In this document: piece by piece, positions 63,695-64,000 of the stretch
Position numbering within the stretch: position 1 is the stretch's first letter
Layout of the letters: every line of letters starts with the position of its first letter
From: an uncultured bacterium
GTDB lineage: Bacteria; Chloroflexota; UBA5177; JANWHV01
Length of the DNA stretch: 64,000 bases
Reading direction: 5' to 3'
Assembly: GCA_963827235.1 (NCBI GenBank)
Contig: CAWHAE010000014.1
Coordinates: 320,001 to 384,000, forward strand
The notes under the pieces: generated by a model
What the model was told of the DNA's origin: nothing
What the model saw: the letters and a program-made list of their open reading frames with translations, nothing else
Database searches by the model: none
Made by a program: the position numbers and the translations under genes

Positions 63695-64000
63695 CGGTCC
63701 GCGAGCCCTCTCAGAGGGCCAGGGCATTCGCGGGGGGTAGCGAGCTCTGAGCAGCAGTGCCCGAGCCAGAGTGCGATGCCGGCCAGGCACCACGCTCGCG
63801 GTTGTGCATCGCGGCGTCCCGGGCGCGGCGGGAGGTAATGCTTCAGTGCGATCTACTTAGGACGCTCGCACGGGCCGAGACTGCAACCTGTAACGTGGTA
63901 GACCCCTGATTCAAGGAGCTTTCATGCTTGCGACTCTCCCTGTTCTTCGCACCGCGGTCCCTGGGCCGTGTTCGCTGGCGCTGTGGGCGCGCGAGGAGTC

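Overview
GC-rich core chromosome of a Chloroflexota-like monoderm bacterium. The taxonomy is inferred from a DUF2298/YYY membrane protein, rplI-dnaB-dnaD-loader synteny, a GAAC-N4-GTTC SOS box, and an FtsA-like plus baseplate-J-like gene pair. In order, the window holds: two TetR-efflux modules, tRNA-Gly, holA, tRNA-Pro, dnaK-dnaJ-hspR with a HAIR-like operator, argJBDR-thrB with ARG boxes, rel, recJ, dprA, a PknB-like kinase, cinA-recA, a Cys T-box with cysE, a catalytically degenerate RecQ-like gene, ispH, an RHS remnant, rpe, murT-gatD, secA-prfB (programmed +1 frameshift), ctpA, the FtsA-like/baseplate-J-like pair, ruvX-mltG-efp-accB-like-xseAB, secDF, replication genes, a sugar isomerase and a histidine kinase. 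Many single-base indels in core genes (about 7.4-16.4 kb and secA) look like long-read errors. The top candidates for new biology are: (1) a secretion-signal uORF ending IRAP-stop, whose stop region can base-pair next to the secD ribosome-binding site (putative arrest-peptide control of secDF); (2) the FtsA-like ATPase coupled to a membrane-anchored baseplate-J-like protein; (3) a BCCP homolog lacking the biotinyl lysine; (4) an intact pseudo-helicase RecQ; and (5) an unexplained structured element of about 160 nt between rel and argJ. No CRISPR array, rRNA, transposase or prophage is seen.
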